Shown one piece after another: positions 35,301 to 47,300 of a stretch of 64,000 nucleotides of DNA. The stretch covers positions 248,001 through 312,000 of the forward strand of contig QPMI01000071.1 of assembly GCA_004431415.1 (NCBI GenBank), written 5' to 3'. Numbering within the stretch: the stretch's first letter is position 1; every line of letters starts with the position of its first letter. The DNA comes from Cyanophora paradoxa CCMP329 (Eukaryota > Plantae > Glaucophyta). The notes under the pieces were generated by a model. The model was not told where the DNA came from, did not search any database, and saw only the letters and a program-made list of their open reading frames with translations. Made by a program: the position numbers and the translations under genes.

Positions 35301-38300
35301 GCCGGAACCTGACCACGAGCGATGTTAAGATAAGTCCGGATTTGATGATTCTTCTTCTACTTGATTTCACCTTGAGGGCCTCCTCGACGAAGAAGTCCTG
35401 GTTGCAATCGATGGCCTGGATGACCTGGTTCTCGCAGAAGATGAGCGCGTGGTTCTGCGGCCGCGACCAACGTCAACGGTGTGGAACACGACGGAGCAAG
35501 CCGATCCGCTTCGAGTCTCACCTGGTTCTCGCCCTTGGGGTACATGAGCATCGGGTCGCCGGCCATCTTCACGCGGCTGATCTCCTTCAGCGGCGGCGCC
35601 TCCGACGAGGGGCCCCGAGCGTTGTCCGCCAGCGGGTCGTACATGACGCGCACGCTCGAGTTCGAGCTCTTGTCGATGTAGACCAGCTCGAGCTGCGAAG
35701 AACAGCTCAGGAATGATATAGAAGGACGTAGATGCAGAAATAGAGATTATAGACAAACTGGTTAGACATCGATGAGATTAAGAGTACCAAACGAAGGTAT
35801 CTTCTTAGCAAACTAGTAGCAAAGAGCATGTGTCTTCTTACCTTCGGGAAGCGCTTGAGGATGCCGCAGACGTCGTTGTACTTGAGCCGGTTGTCGAGGG
35901 CCTTGGTCTTCGCGTCGCCCGCCTTGCGCCGGTCCTCGGCGCTCTCCGCCAGGCGCCCGCCCTGCGCCCGCAGCTGCCGCACCTCCTCGCCCTGCCAGAC
36001 ACGCCGTCAGCTTTAGGGCCTGAAGTTAACGGCCCGTCGCTCTTCCATCCCATCGAAGCCGTCACGAGTACTCTTCCATCTTATCGAAGTTATTCATCTT
36101 CTTCCTTTCATTGATTTTACCTTGGTCTTCTCCAGGCTGGCGAGGGAGCCGGCGCCGGCGAGGAGGGCCGCGCGGACCTCCGCCGCCTTCAGCTTGAAGT
36201 CCGTCAGCGTCTTCCCTGCGGCATGGATCAGGAAACCAAAGCGGCTCGACCGCGTCGAAAACCGAGCTAGCGTCCGAGTCTTGCTAGCATCCGCGTCCGG
36301 CCGCGTCCGAGTCTTGCTAGCATTGTCGCCGATTGTCGCCTATGAGCTATAAGGTTGCAGAGCCCAAAGGTCAGGCCTATAGCTAGGCTTCGCCGAGTGC
36401 GGTTCGGCCACGTTACAGAATCCAGAGACCAGGCTCGCCCAAGACACGGAAACCCAGGGCCTGTCGAGGAAATTGCGCACCCCAGGAGGCCCAGGCAGTG
36501 AAGATGGCCTTCTCGTCGTCGGAGAGCGGCTGCCGCGCCCGCTGCTTCGCCACCAGGTCGTCCACCAGCGCCAGGTCGTCCGCCGCCTAACACAAAGCTC
36601 AGAAACCTTAAAGATGCGATAGAATGGAAAATAGGCTGGAAAAGATGCGATGGAATGTTCAGATGTAACACAAAGTTCAGAAGCTTGAAAAGATGGGATG
36701 GAATGGCGATGTAGTTTAAGCTCAAAGAGTTGGAAGCTTAGGAGTTGAAGCCTTCAAAGATGGGATGGAATGGCGCACGGTGATCCGGTCCTGGAAGTTC
36801 TGGTAGGCGAAGATGACCTGGACCTTGGATGCCACGAGGGCGTCCCGCTCCCGCTGCCGCTTCTCCCGCGCCGCCGCGTCCTGTTTATATACTCCCATCA
36901 GCTCCAAAAACTTCGAAGTTCGGATGGAGCGCGCACCTGGTGGGCGGCGGTCATGTGGCCGTGGCGCTCGCGGTCCAGCCGGGTACGCAAGATGGCCGCC
37001 TCCGTCGTCGCAGGCTGCACCGAACCAGGTCAGAGTTAGAAATGGGCTGAGAAGACGGGTTCGGTCCAACTACCTGATCGGCGTCGAGGGGCGCAGGCTC
37101 GTCGGGATCGTCGTAGACGGTCGGGTAGTGCATCCGCGCCAGCAGGTCATACGCCTGCGAAGTAAACGGAAAGGTTAAATTCTATTAGAGAAAGTTAGGA
37201 ACAGTTTTGTTTGGTTATAAGGACCTTGAAGTAGGAGCAGATGCCGAAGAGCGTGCGGGCGAGGGGCTGGAAGCGCATGCTGGCCCACCAGCGGATGGCG
37301 AGCTGGTCGTCCGCCGTGAGGTCGTTCCAGCAGAGCAGCACCTCGCCTGAGGGCGACATGGTTAGCAAAACCAAACACCATAATCTAATACGGCTTGAAA
37401 CGTTAAATATTTATAGGCGATGGCCTCCGAGCTTGGACTCTCTATCCTTTTCGTCTGTCTTCTAGCTCATCTCACCTCTGAGCTTGGACTCGGAGAGGCG
37501 GCGGAGGGCCTCGAGGGCGGCGGCGTCACGGCGCGGGCGCGCCGGCGCGGCAAAGGGGTTGCGGGTCGTCATCTTGTTCGCCTCGCGCTGCTCGTCGTCC
37601 GCCCGCCGCTGATGGGAACCGGAGTTAGCTTGCTGCCAACATCGACAGTAAACGACGACGCTAGTTTATAAGCATAGAAGTTAATAAGAAAGCTCTAAAA
37701 GAGTCAGTTTATAAGGATAGAAGTTTATAAGACCTGGAGCTCGTCGACGAGTATGGTCCACTCGTTGGGGTGCATGTCGATGATGTGCTCGAGCCTGCAC
37801 GTCGGACGCACAAGTGAGCGGCGCCGGAGTCGCATCGCGTGCGCTACAGCATCCAGCATCCGACGCACGCGCAGATGCCGGACGCCTGCGCTCAAATCAG
37901 TAAGAGAAGGGCACAGAAACGGGAAATTAAAGCCAAACAACGCACGTCGGTCTCGAGGAGGTCCCGCTCCGCGTAGATGACGGCCTCGTCTCCGGCCGGG
38001 ATCAGCACTGTCAGCGACCTTGCCTGCAAGACGTTAAGCGACGTTAATAAGACGTTAATAACAATAAAGGCAGCGCTCGTTATGGCGTTAAGTGAAGAAG
38101 CGACTTTAAGGAAAGGGGCGAACCTGGCGGAGCGAGGCGCTGTCGGGCAGGTCGTTCATCAGGAGGCCGGACGCCCAGACGTGGATCCTGCGCTCGTTCG
38201 GTGAGCGACAGTCCGCGTCGGATCCATTTAACAGCGCCGCAATCAAAAGCTGGAGCACGGCCCGCACCGGCGGCGGGCCTCGGCGTTCTCTGGCCCCGTC

Positions 38301-41300
38301 GAGTTCTGCATCTGATCCAGATACTTCCGGTCGTGCTCCACTGCCAACAAGCAGGAATCGTTGGGAAACGCAAGCAGACGTTGCACTTCTTATTGAAGAA
38401 CGCTTATTTTAGCGCTTATTCTTATAGAACGCTGTTTGACGCACGGACGAGGGCCTCGTCGCGCTTGCGGTCGACGTGCTCGGGCGGCAGCGGCCGGTAC
38501 CGCAGGCGGTCGTACTCGGCCACCTTCAGCAGGTGCCGCTCCTTCAGATCTGCGAGAAGAAGGTTGACGAGCAAGAATACAAAAGAATCGTCGAATCGAA
38601 AGCGGCGGAGCGGAGCTGACCGGCAAGCAGGGTGCTCCACGCCATCGCCCACGCGCGGCACCGCTCCCGAACACTGACCGACTTGCGCCTGCGGCGTCGA
38701 CGGCGACGGCGTCGGCGTCAGCGGCGGCGACGGCGCTTTCCGAGGGGGGGGGGGGGGGGGGGAAGCTTGAGGGCCGACCTGGAGAGGGAGACCCGGACCC
38801 AGAAGCGCTCGCGGATGGCGCCGAAGTTGCCCAGGAACTTCTCCCAGCTCTTGATCTTCTCGAAGCCTTGGATCCACCCCTGGACAAATAGATGAGACGA
38901 GCAGCATAGCATAGTTTAACATAGGTCTAGCGGAGAATGCATGTGGTCCAAACATAGTTTTACGTAAGATCGACACCGAACTAGTGGATCCCGCTACTGT
39001 TTTTAATGCGAGAGAACCTTGAGGACGGCGATGAGGTCGAGGATGACGACGTATGCCACGTTCGAGGAGATGAAGAAGGAGAAGATGGTGGGGACCTGCG
39101 CGGGGGTCGGTCAGTCACAGTTGAGATCCAGTCTAAGCCGCGAGCACAGCGGCGGACCCAGCACGTGAAGGCGATGCACGCGATCCAGAGGCCCTGCTGC
39201 CACGTCGCGATGCCCTCCTGCGCCCGACGTCAGGTCGACACGCAAACCAAACCATTAGCCACATGTAAAACGCGAACGAAAGCACCTCGGGGAAGTAGTT
39301 GGCGTCGGCGAGGGGCTGGAAGACGAGGAAGTGGTCGCAGAGGATGACGACCGCCTCGATGGCAAAGAGGACGGCCCAACGTGCGAGCCCGTCGATCGTC
39401 TCCTTGTTCGACGCCGCGCTCACCTGCGCCGCAGAATTGTGAGGACTGGATGCGAAGACCAGGAGGACTCCCTCACCGTCAGGCGAGGCTTCACGACCTC
39501 GCGGCACATGGAGAGGGGCGGGAGCAGCCACCACCACAGCAGGAACTGCGGGGCGTTAAACAAACAGGTAGCTGCAAGCTCGGCGGGAAACGTAGCTACA
39601 GACGGACCTTCAATAGCTGGAGCAGGACGTACGTGCCGCCGAGGAGGACCCACAGGAGCCGGATGTCGCCGTTCGGGGTGGGGATCTGCGGTGCAGATTG
39701 GATCAGATAAGGCACAGCAGTCGAGCCCCGTTAAAAAGCGCTGCTTGAACGCGCCTGAGTCTCCCAGAACGCGTAGCCGACGTGCGCCGCGTAGCGAAGA
39801 CAGCTGCGAATAATTCGAAGCCGTTCAAGTGAGCAACACGGAAGAAGCTTCGAATCCCACTTTCGGAAAGAAGCCAGAGCTAAAGCTCGGGCGAATAATT
39901 CGAAGCCGTTTAAGCTCAAGTAAACAAGCCGAAAGCTTAAGAAGCTTCGGATCCCACTTTCCGATTCCGCGCACCCAATTTCAAAGACGGGCATCGTGTT
40001 CGAGATGAGGGAGAGCATGCCCAGCAGCGGGCTCCGCGAGCGCTCGTCGAACGTCTTCAGCCACACGTGGCTGCAGGAAAATGATAAGCCACACGTGCAC
40101 GAAACAAGAACAGTTAAGATGATAGAAGGGGTCACCTGTGGCGGTAGGCGGGGAGCTTGAAGCGCGAGTCGTCGGCCCTGAGCAGGTCGTTCGCCGTGGC
40201 GCCGATCGCCCTGCTCGCGGACGAAGCCATCAGAGCGATCCAACAGCGATTTAACTAATCTAGCGGACCTGGCCTGGCTGTCGACGGCCATCCGGCACGC
40301 CGGCAGCAGCGTGTTCACGTCGTACTGCGCGAAGCAGCAGGTTTAGAACAAAAAGACAGCAGAAATCAGCTAGACTAAGCGTAGAGAATCGCTAGACCGG
40401 CACCTTCTTCTAAGCTTAGTGATCAAACATAACAGAAATAAGCGATGCTAAGCTTTTAATCAATGATACTAAGCTGGAATAAGAGTAAGAGACATCGAAT
40501 TCGCACCTTCTTGAGCTCGGCGGCGACGCCGTCGACGAACTTGCGGAGGGAGGTCTCGACCTGCTTGCGGAACCCGAGCGCCGGGAGCGCGTTGCTCTCC
40601 ACCGGCGTCACCGCGTCGGCGCGCACCTGCAGCGTAATGAGCAATGAGTGAGGCGCAAGCTCTAACTCTATAAACAAAGCTTTTGATGATCTAGAAACAG
40701 ATCATATGAAGGCTTTAACGCCTAGACCGTTTAAGAATTTCACAAGCGCACGGTGCCGGCGAGCTCGAGGAGGCGCTGCTTGAGCTTGAGGGGGATGCGG
40801 TGTGCCTGCTCGTCGTCCGCCAGCGACTCGTGCGACTCGTCCAGCGCCGACGAGACCAGCCCCTCGAACTGAGCGAAAGAAAGAGAGACGGGGTCAGTCA
40901 GGAAAAGCGGAGATGGGCTGTGGCGGTAGTTTATGCTACAGTCTAGCGCGAGCGAAGCGGGAGCACCTCCTTGATGCTCTTCTGCAGCGCCCGCGCGAGC
41001 GCCCGGCGGCACGCCGCCGACAGAGCCAGCTGCTCGTGGTCAGACGTCAGGAACCGTTTGGCTAAGGCGTTGCCGAGACTCGAACCTTGTCCTTCTCGGT
41101 CGTGGCGATCTCGCTGAGCGCCTTGTCTACTGCCTCCTTGTCGTACTCGGCGGACGAGCGCAGGGTCGCGCTCCACGACTCGTAGTCGATGGGCTCGGGG
41201 TAGTACTGCGTGCGGCAGAGCCGGTTCAAACGAGGGGCGGGGAAGACGACGAAAAAGAGAGCCCACCTTCTGGCGGTTGGCAAAGCAGAGTCGGCCCTTC

Positions 41301-44300
41301 CCGCACCGCTTCGAGACAATGGCGTGCGCCCGCATCCTGAGAATCGAACGCACGATCAGCTAAAGCGCCGCAAACAAAAAACAGCGAGGGGACCAAACTA
41401 AGCCAAACTAAAGCGATTAGCTTGAGCGCCAATGAAGCTTGAAAATCACTTAGATCTAGAGGAAGGTGGCTATGATAAAACACTTTGGGATGCTCAAGGA
41501 CCTGACCAAACCAATCCAAGCCAAACTAAAGCGATTCACGCACCAGGCGTCCATGTGGACGTACTCGAGGCGGCGGGCGATGGCGGCGTCGCGGGCCGCG
41601 TCGTCGCCCCCGAGGGAGCCCAGGCCCTCCCCCCAGCTCCGGTTCCCGCTGCGAGAGAGGAGTGAGAAAATATTCAAGGGCAGAGGCGAGACGACCGCGC
41701 GATTGACGTTTTACGCGGTCTAACTTGGCTACAGTTTGCCCTATATCTCTTTAAAAATTGCTCGGAGTCATTTATTTATTGCGGACCTGTACTTGGTCGC
41801 GTCAAGCACGAAGCGCGGCAGCTCGTACAGCTCCGTCAGGTCCGAGTACGTCCTGCGTCAATGAATTCAGAGATTGAAATATAATAAGCTTAAGCTTCAA
41901 GTTTGATTCTGTGTATTTGTCGTTATTGTTGCTGTTCACGCACATGTAATCCTGCTGGCTTCGCGTGTTGGCGCGGAACATCTTGGCGCAGGAGAAGACG
42001 CGGTGCCAATACGAGACCTCCAGCTTGACGTATGCCCCCGGCGGCATCTTCCGCTCCCGGACCTGCACGTCACGATTTTACGCTTAGATTTAGCTTTATG
42101 CACTCTTTGGTGCTTTACTCTTTCTTAAGCTCTCTTAGTTGCCCGCGTACCTCGCCGGCGCTGTTCTGCACGATGGCCAGCAGGCGCTTGGCGGCGTAGA
42201 AGAGGTACGAGAGAAAGGAGGGGCAGCTCCTGAAGTTGGAGGCGGAGACGAAGACCAGGTCGCACAGGTACAGGTTCACCTGCGACGATGATAATAGTAA
42301 TTAGTAATAAGTGAATATCAGCTTCAGCATAAGCTTAAGGTTAAAGCACAAGCTTAAGCTCAAAGAGGTTCACCAGCATGGCGTTCAGCTGCTCGTCGTC
42401 GATGGCTGCCTCCGCGTCGGCCGCGCCGGCACCGGCGGCCGCGCCCCGCCGGCCGCCGCGGCGCCACGCCTTGACGATGGAAATGAAGGCGTACTTGGCG
42501 AAGGTGGGGACGTGGAAGAGGGCGCTGGTGAGGCCGCGCCCGAGCATGCGGACGAAGCGGCTCCAGATGGAGAGCGCCCCGGGGAGCGCGCTGCGTCGGA
42601 CATCGGTAAGATTAAGGCACAGTTCGTTGAGCTTAACTCTAGTAACACTCAAGACTAAATTAAACGCACAAGCTCATCCTGTAGAACCACTCGCGGTTGG
42701 CGTGGAGCTTGCGGTTGTGCAGCTCGAGGACGGCCCGCCCCTCGAAGTCGCCCTGCCGGTCCTGCACAGAAATTCACCTCAGCGAAAGAAACAAGCAGAA
42801 GGAACTCAACTATAGCAGTTGTTGTTGTGCGCTAATGCAAATCGTCTTATAACTTAACGAAAGCTCAAGAAAGCGCACCCTGGCGCCCTCGACGGCGTCG
42901 GTGACCTCCTTCATGACGAGGCGGGCCGCCTGCTGCTGCACGTCCGCCGAGAAACCTAACCGAAGGAGAAAAATAGACGAGGTTATCGAAGGTGAAACCG
43001 ACGAGGCTTCACGGGTGAGTGAGGCCGTCCGTCCGGCTCGCACCGGTGACTTCGTCGAGGTGCTTGATGACGGCCTGCAGCTTGTAGAGCACGCCGTCCT
43101 CGGGCCCGAAGACGGGGATCCCGTTCACCTGGTCGAAGAGATTTCAGCGCGCGTTTCACGTACGAAAATTAGCGGAATTCGAAGATGCCAGTTAATACGG
43201 GGATGCCATTCACCTCGGCGCGGGCGGAGGGCGCCGGCTTCGGCCGCGCGGGGAGCTGGTACGGAGCGGGCGACGGCGGCCGCGGCGAGGCCGCCGGCGT
43301 CCTGTGAGAGTTGCCGCCGCCGTTCGTGACGGCCGTCGGCACTTGCAGAAGCGCGCCCGAGCCGGCCGGCGCCGACTTCGCCTTGGGTAGCACCGGCAGC
43401 CCGGCGCCGGCGGCCGCGGTCGAGGCGATGGAACGGGCGGACGGGGGCGGCTGGCCGTCCTCGCTCCAGAGGGCGCCCAGGTCCCGAGGCTTCTCGAGGA
43501 TCGTCTTCGTCTTCTCGTCCAGGCGGCGCATGCGGGACTTCATCTCGGAGAGCGACAGGTGCCGCTTGATGCCGTCGCCGACGTCGTTGCTCCCGATGCT
43601 CTCGTCCGCCGACTCCGCCGAGTGCGTCTCGGAGGACGAGTCGTCGCTCGCGTCGTCGGCCGCGGCGTCGCCGTCGCGCCGGCGCATCTGCAGAACGACG
43701 TGCGAACCGCTGGCGGCGCCGGGCGACGGCGGCGGCGCGACGCCGTCGGCCGCCTTCAGCGGCTGCATTTCCTCCTCGTCCTGGTCGCCCCGGCGGCCGG
43801 CGCGTACTTTGCGGTTCGGCGCGGCGGAAATCTTGCGAAGCTCCGCGGCGGAGACCTGACGGGCGTCAAGTCAGATCTGTGCGGGCGGGCGGCGTCAATT
43901 TAAGGAGAAGACTCGCCTCCAGGTCTTCACGCTCGAGCCAGCGGCGGTTGCGGCGCTTCTCCTGGCGCTCTTGCTTCAGATCTGCGGGGCGGACATGAGG
44001 TGAGACGAGCTTCCTTCAAAGCCGGGAATTCGAAGATTTCGGGAGGAAAGCTTGCTCGCCCATGTAGAGGAACACGAGGAACACGGTCGTGAAGATTATG
44101 ATGAGGCCGCAGACTACAACCGGCGGGATCCAGGGGAGACCTGCAAACAAGGCCGATTACTCGACGCGTGACGGTAATGCAGGAAATTGAACAAGCTCTT
44201 TTTACCCTTGCGCGTTTCAGGTGGCCGGTACAGCTCAGGGAAGGTGTCATACAGGATCTCAGGGTCGTCTGTGTGATTCGAATCAACAAAACTTGAGAGA

Positions 44301-47300
44301 AAGATGGCAATATCCAGTTATCGATGCGCACCTGTGACATCCAGGATGTCCACGGCGACGGCGGCCCCAGAGTCCTGCGACAGCCGCCTCCCTCCTCCTG
44401 CGCCGGCCGCGGGCGCCGGCGCGGCCGATCGGAGCTGCAGACGGGCCCCGGACGTGTGCGCCACTTTTAGGCGCCACGAGACTTCGGCGGCCGACACCGT
44501 CGACTCGCTTTGGTCCTCCTTGATCAGCGCCAGAACCTGAAAACATTATTATAAGAAAAGCGTTGCGTAAACCATTGGGTTGAATTCAAGAAGCGAACCT
44601 CCTGCGACGTCTGCCACGAGACGATGCGAGTGGCGTTGGGAAGGGATCCGAAGCTCGCCCCGAGCGCCCGCTGGAAGCGGTCCTTGGACGCTTTCGGGCC
44701 GAGGACGAACATGACCGTGTTGCCGGCGCTGCCCCGCCGGACGCCCAGGAGGGTATCCCCGAAGCTGTAGTTCTGGATCGCGCGCCAGTCCGGAAGCACG
44801 CGCGCGTAGACGAAGTCGCCCCCGTGCACGGACGCAGGCTCCAGGTCCGGCCGCAGAAGCAGCTTGTAGTCCGTCCAGGACTCCGGGAACGCGCCGAACA
44901 GGTCGTCCGTGAAGAGAACCAGCGCCCGAATCGCGTCGCGGATCCAGACGGCCGAGACGCTCGGGACGGGACGGGCGTCCACGCCCGTCTCGACGTCGCC
45001 GAGCTCGGTGCTGCAGAACGGGACGGGCGTCGACGCGTCCCGCAGCAGGCTCGCGATCTGGCCGGCGAGGAACTCCGTCGCAAGGGAAGGGACGCTGTCG
45101 GAGCGCGAGAGCTGGAGCGCCGGCGAGGCGAGCGAGAAGGACAGCGCGTAGTGACGGGACGGATTCGCTGTGGCGAAACGAAAGTTAAACATCAATAAGA
45201 GCGCGTATCCCGCTCGTTTGTCACTCACCTCGGCAGACGCATCGGACGTCCTCCTTGCGGTCCTTGACGGGGTCCTGCCCCTCGAACCGGACGTACTTCT
45301 CGAGCGACAGCTCCATGCCGTCGGGGCAGTCTGGGTAGTGCCGGAAGCACGGCATCTTTCCCTTGGACAGGCAGACGGTGTTGGAAGCGACCCGCCGGGC
45401 CTCGCCGGCCGTGGGGGCGCCGAGGTAGCGGTGCAGTCCCTTCGGGCACGTCCGCGCCGCCGACGGGTCGCGGGGCGCGCAGGCGCCGTACCCGCCGATG
45501 CCGTCCGACCCCTCGAAGTTGTAGTAGCCGCTGGTGCGCGGGCACTCGCAGAAGGTACTGCCCGCGTGCAGCTTGCACTTCTTCGGCTCGGGCAGCTGCG
45601 GGCCGAGGCCGCTCGCCCTGTAGTCGTAGCAGGGAACGGCCTTCTCCCTCGACACGACGCCGATCTTGGCCGGCGGCGACCACGGCCCGCCGCAGACGGA
45701 GACGCTGGCCCGGACCACGCCGAGCTCGGACAGACCCATAGACTGCAGAAAAGAATGTTAGAATCCGAAAGCCCGAGACAACAAGCACATATTTCATTGA
45801 AAACTGACCTTTCCGAAATCCTTGAGGACGCCGACCACGCCCGGATCGTCCGTGCGGCACTGGAGGAAGCGGTACGCCCCCTCCATTCCGCTCTGCGGCC
45901 GGTTGTATGTAAGCTTGAGCCCCGAATAGAAGATGTGAAGCTTAAGCAAGCTTTCAAGATAATAAGTTTCCAGTTCAAATAGAGCGCACGGCGGTGACGA
46001 CGCAGGTGGGGCTCAGGCGGAGGATCCGCCCGTCCTTCTGCACGTCCACCGAGAGCCGAACGGCGTTCTGCAGGGATGAAAGAAAGCTTAGGGATTAGAT
46101 AGATAGCAAGATTAGGTATTTAGATATTTAGAAGTTTATATCAGAAAGCGTAGGGATGAGAATCCAGAAAGCAAAGCGTAGCACCTGCTCGGCGCTCGGG
46201 GAGAAGCCCGTCCCGAGGATGCCGATCGAGTAGGTCGCCGAGACAGGGAAGACGAGGTCCGTCTCCTGCAGCGAGACCGCCTCACCTGAAACGGAGTACA
46301 ACAGTTAGAAACGACGCGAAAGAAAGAGAACTATAGAAGTTTGGTAGCTATAGAACAAGAGAACAGAAGTTTTATAGAAGAGACGCGGAAGAGAACAAGT
46401 TTGGTAGCTATAGAAGCTTAGCGCACCGGATGCCAGGCAGTCGGCCCCCGGTTTTCTGTTGGAAAGGGGCACGTGCACGAAGTCGTGGACGATGAGCGGG
46501 CCGCCGGTGATGGTCCGCTCCGTCCCGCCGACCGCCACCTCGGCCGGCGCCGTCGAGGACTGCGGCTCCTGTCCCCCCCACATCCTGCGCGCCGCACAGA
46601 TTAGCGTTGGGTCTCTTAGTGCAGATTCGGGTTTGACGCATGCGCACCAGATGTTGATGCGGACGCGGTTGTGGCGGGGCCACGGCGTGCTCGCCGTCGA
46701 CTTCCACTTCGAGACGAGCCGCGGCTGCGCCGACTCGGCGTTGATCTCGCCCACGGGCACCACGCCCTTGTACGCCCAGAATTGGACCTGAAATCAACTT
46801 AGATTGAAAAAAGCAAGATTATCAAGCTTCAGCGTTGGAAAGGTCGCACCCCGTCGGGACCCCAAAGGAAGGCGGCTGTGACTTTCTTGTCCGGCGTCCA
46901 CTGCGCGTCCGTCTGGAAGAGGTCGCGCACGCGGTAGCGCTGCAGGTTGCCTGCGGAACGTCCGAATCAGCGACGGTAAAGCACGAAAGTGCCCGGCCGG
47001 ATTCGAACCTGGGGGCTCGAAGGGCATGACGACGAACTGCGCGTCGGAGGAGTCGCCCTCCTCGAAGGCGCCGAACTTGCCGAACTCGAGATCGATCTCG
47101 CGGTACGGCCCTGGCAAGGGTTTCAGCATTACTATTTGAGCCGATGATAATTAGAACAGAATGGTAAGAAAAGGGGCGAACATTCAGCGACGCCCGGCTC
47201 GATCCATGTACCCTGTGCAAGCGAATGGCATTAGTTGAAGAACGCCAAAAAGCGTTCAGAAGGCAAATGTGTATATAAGTAAATAACGCAAAAGACCGCC

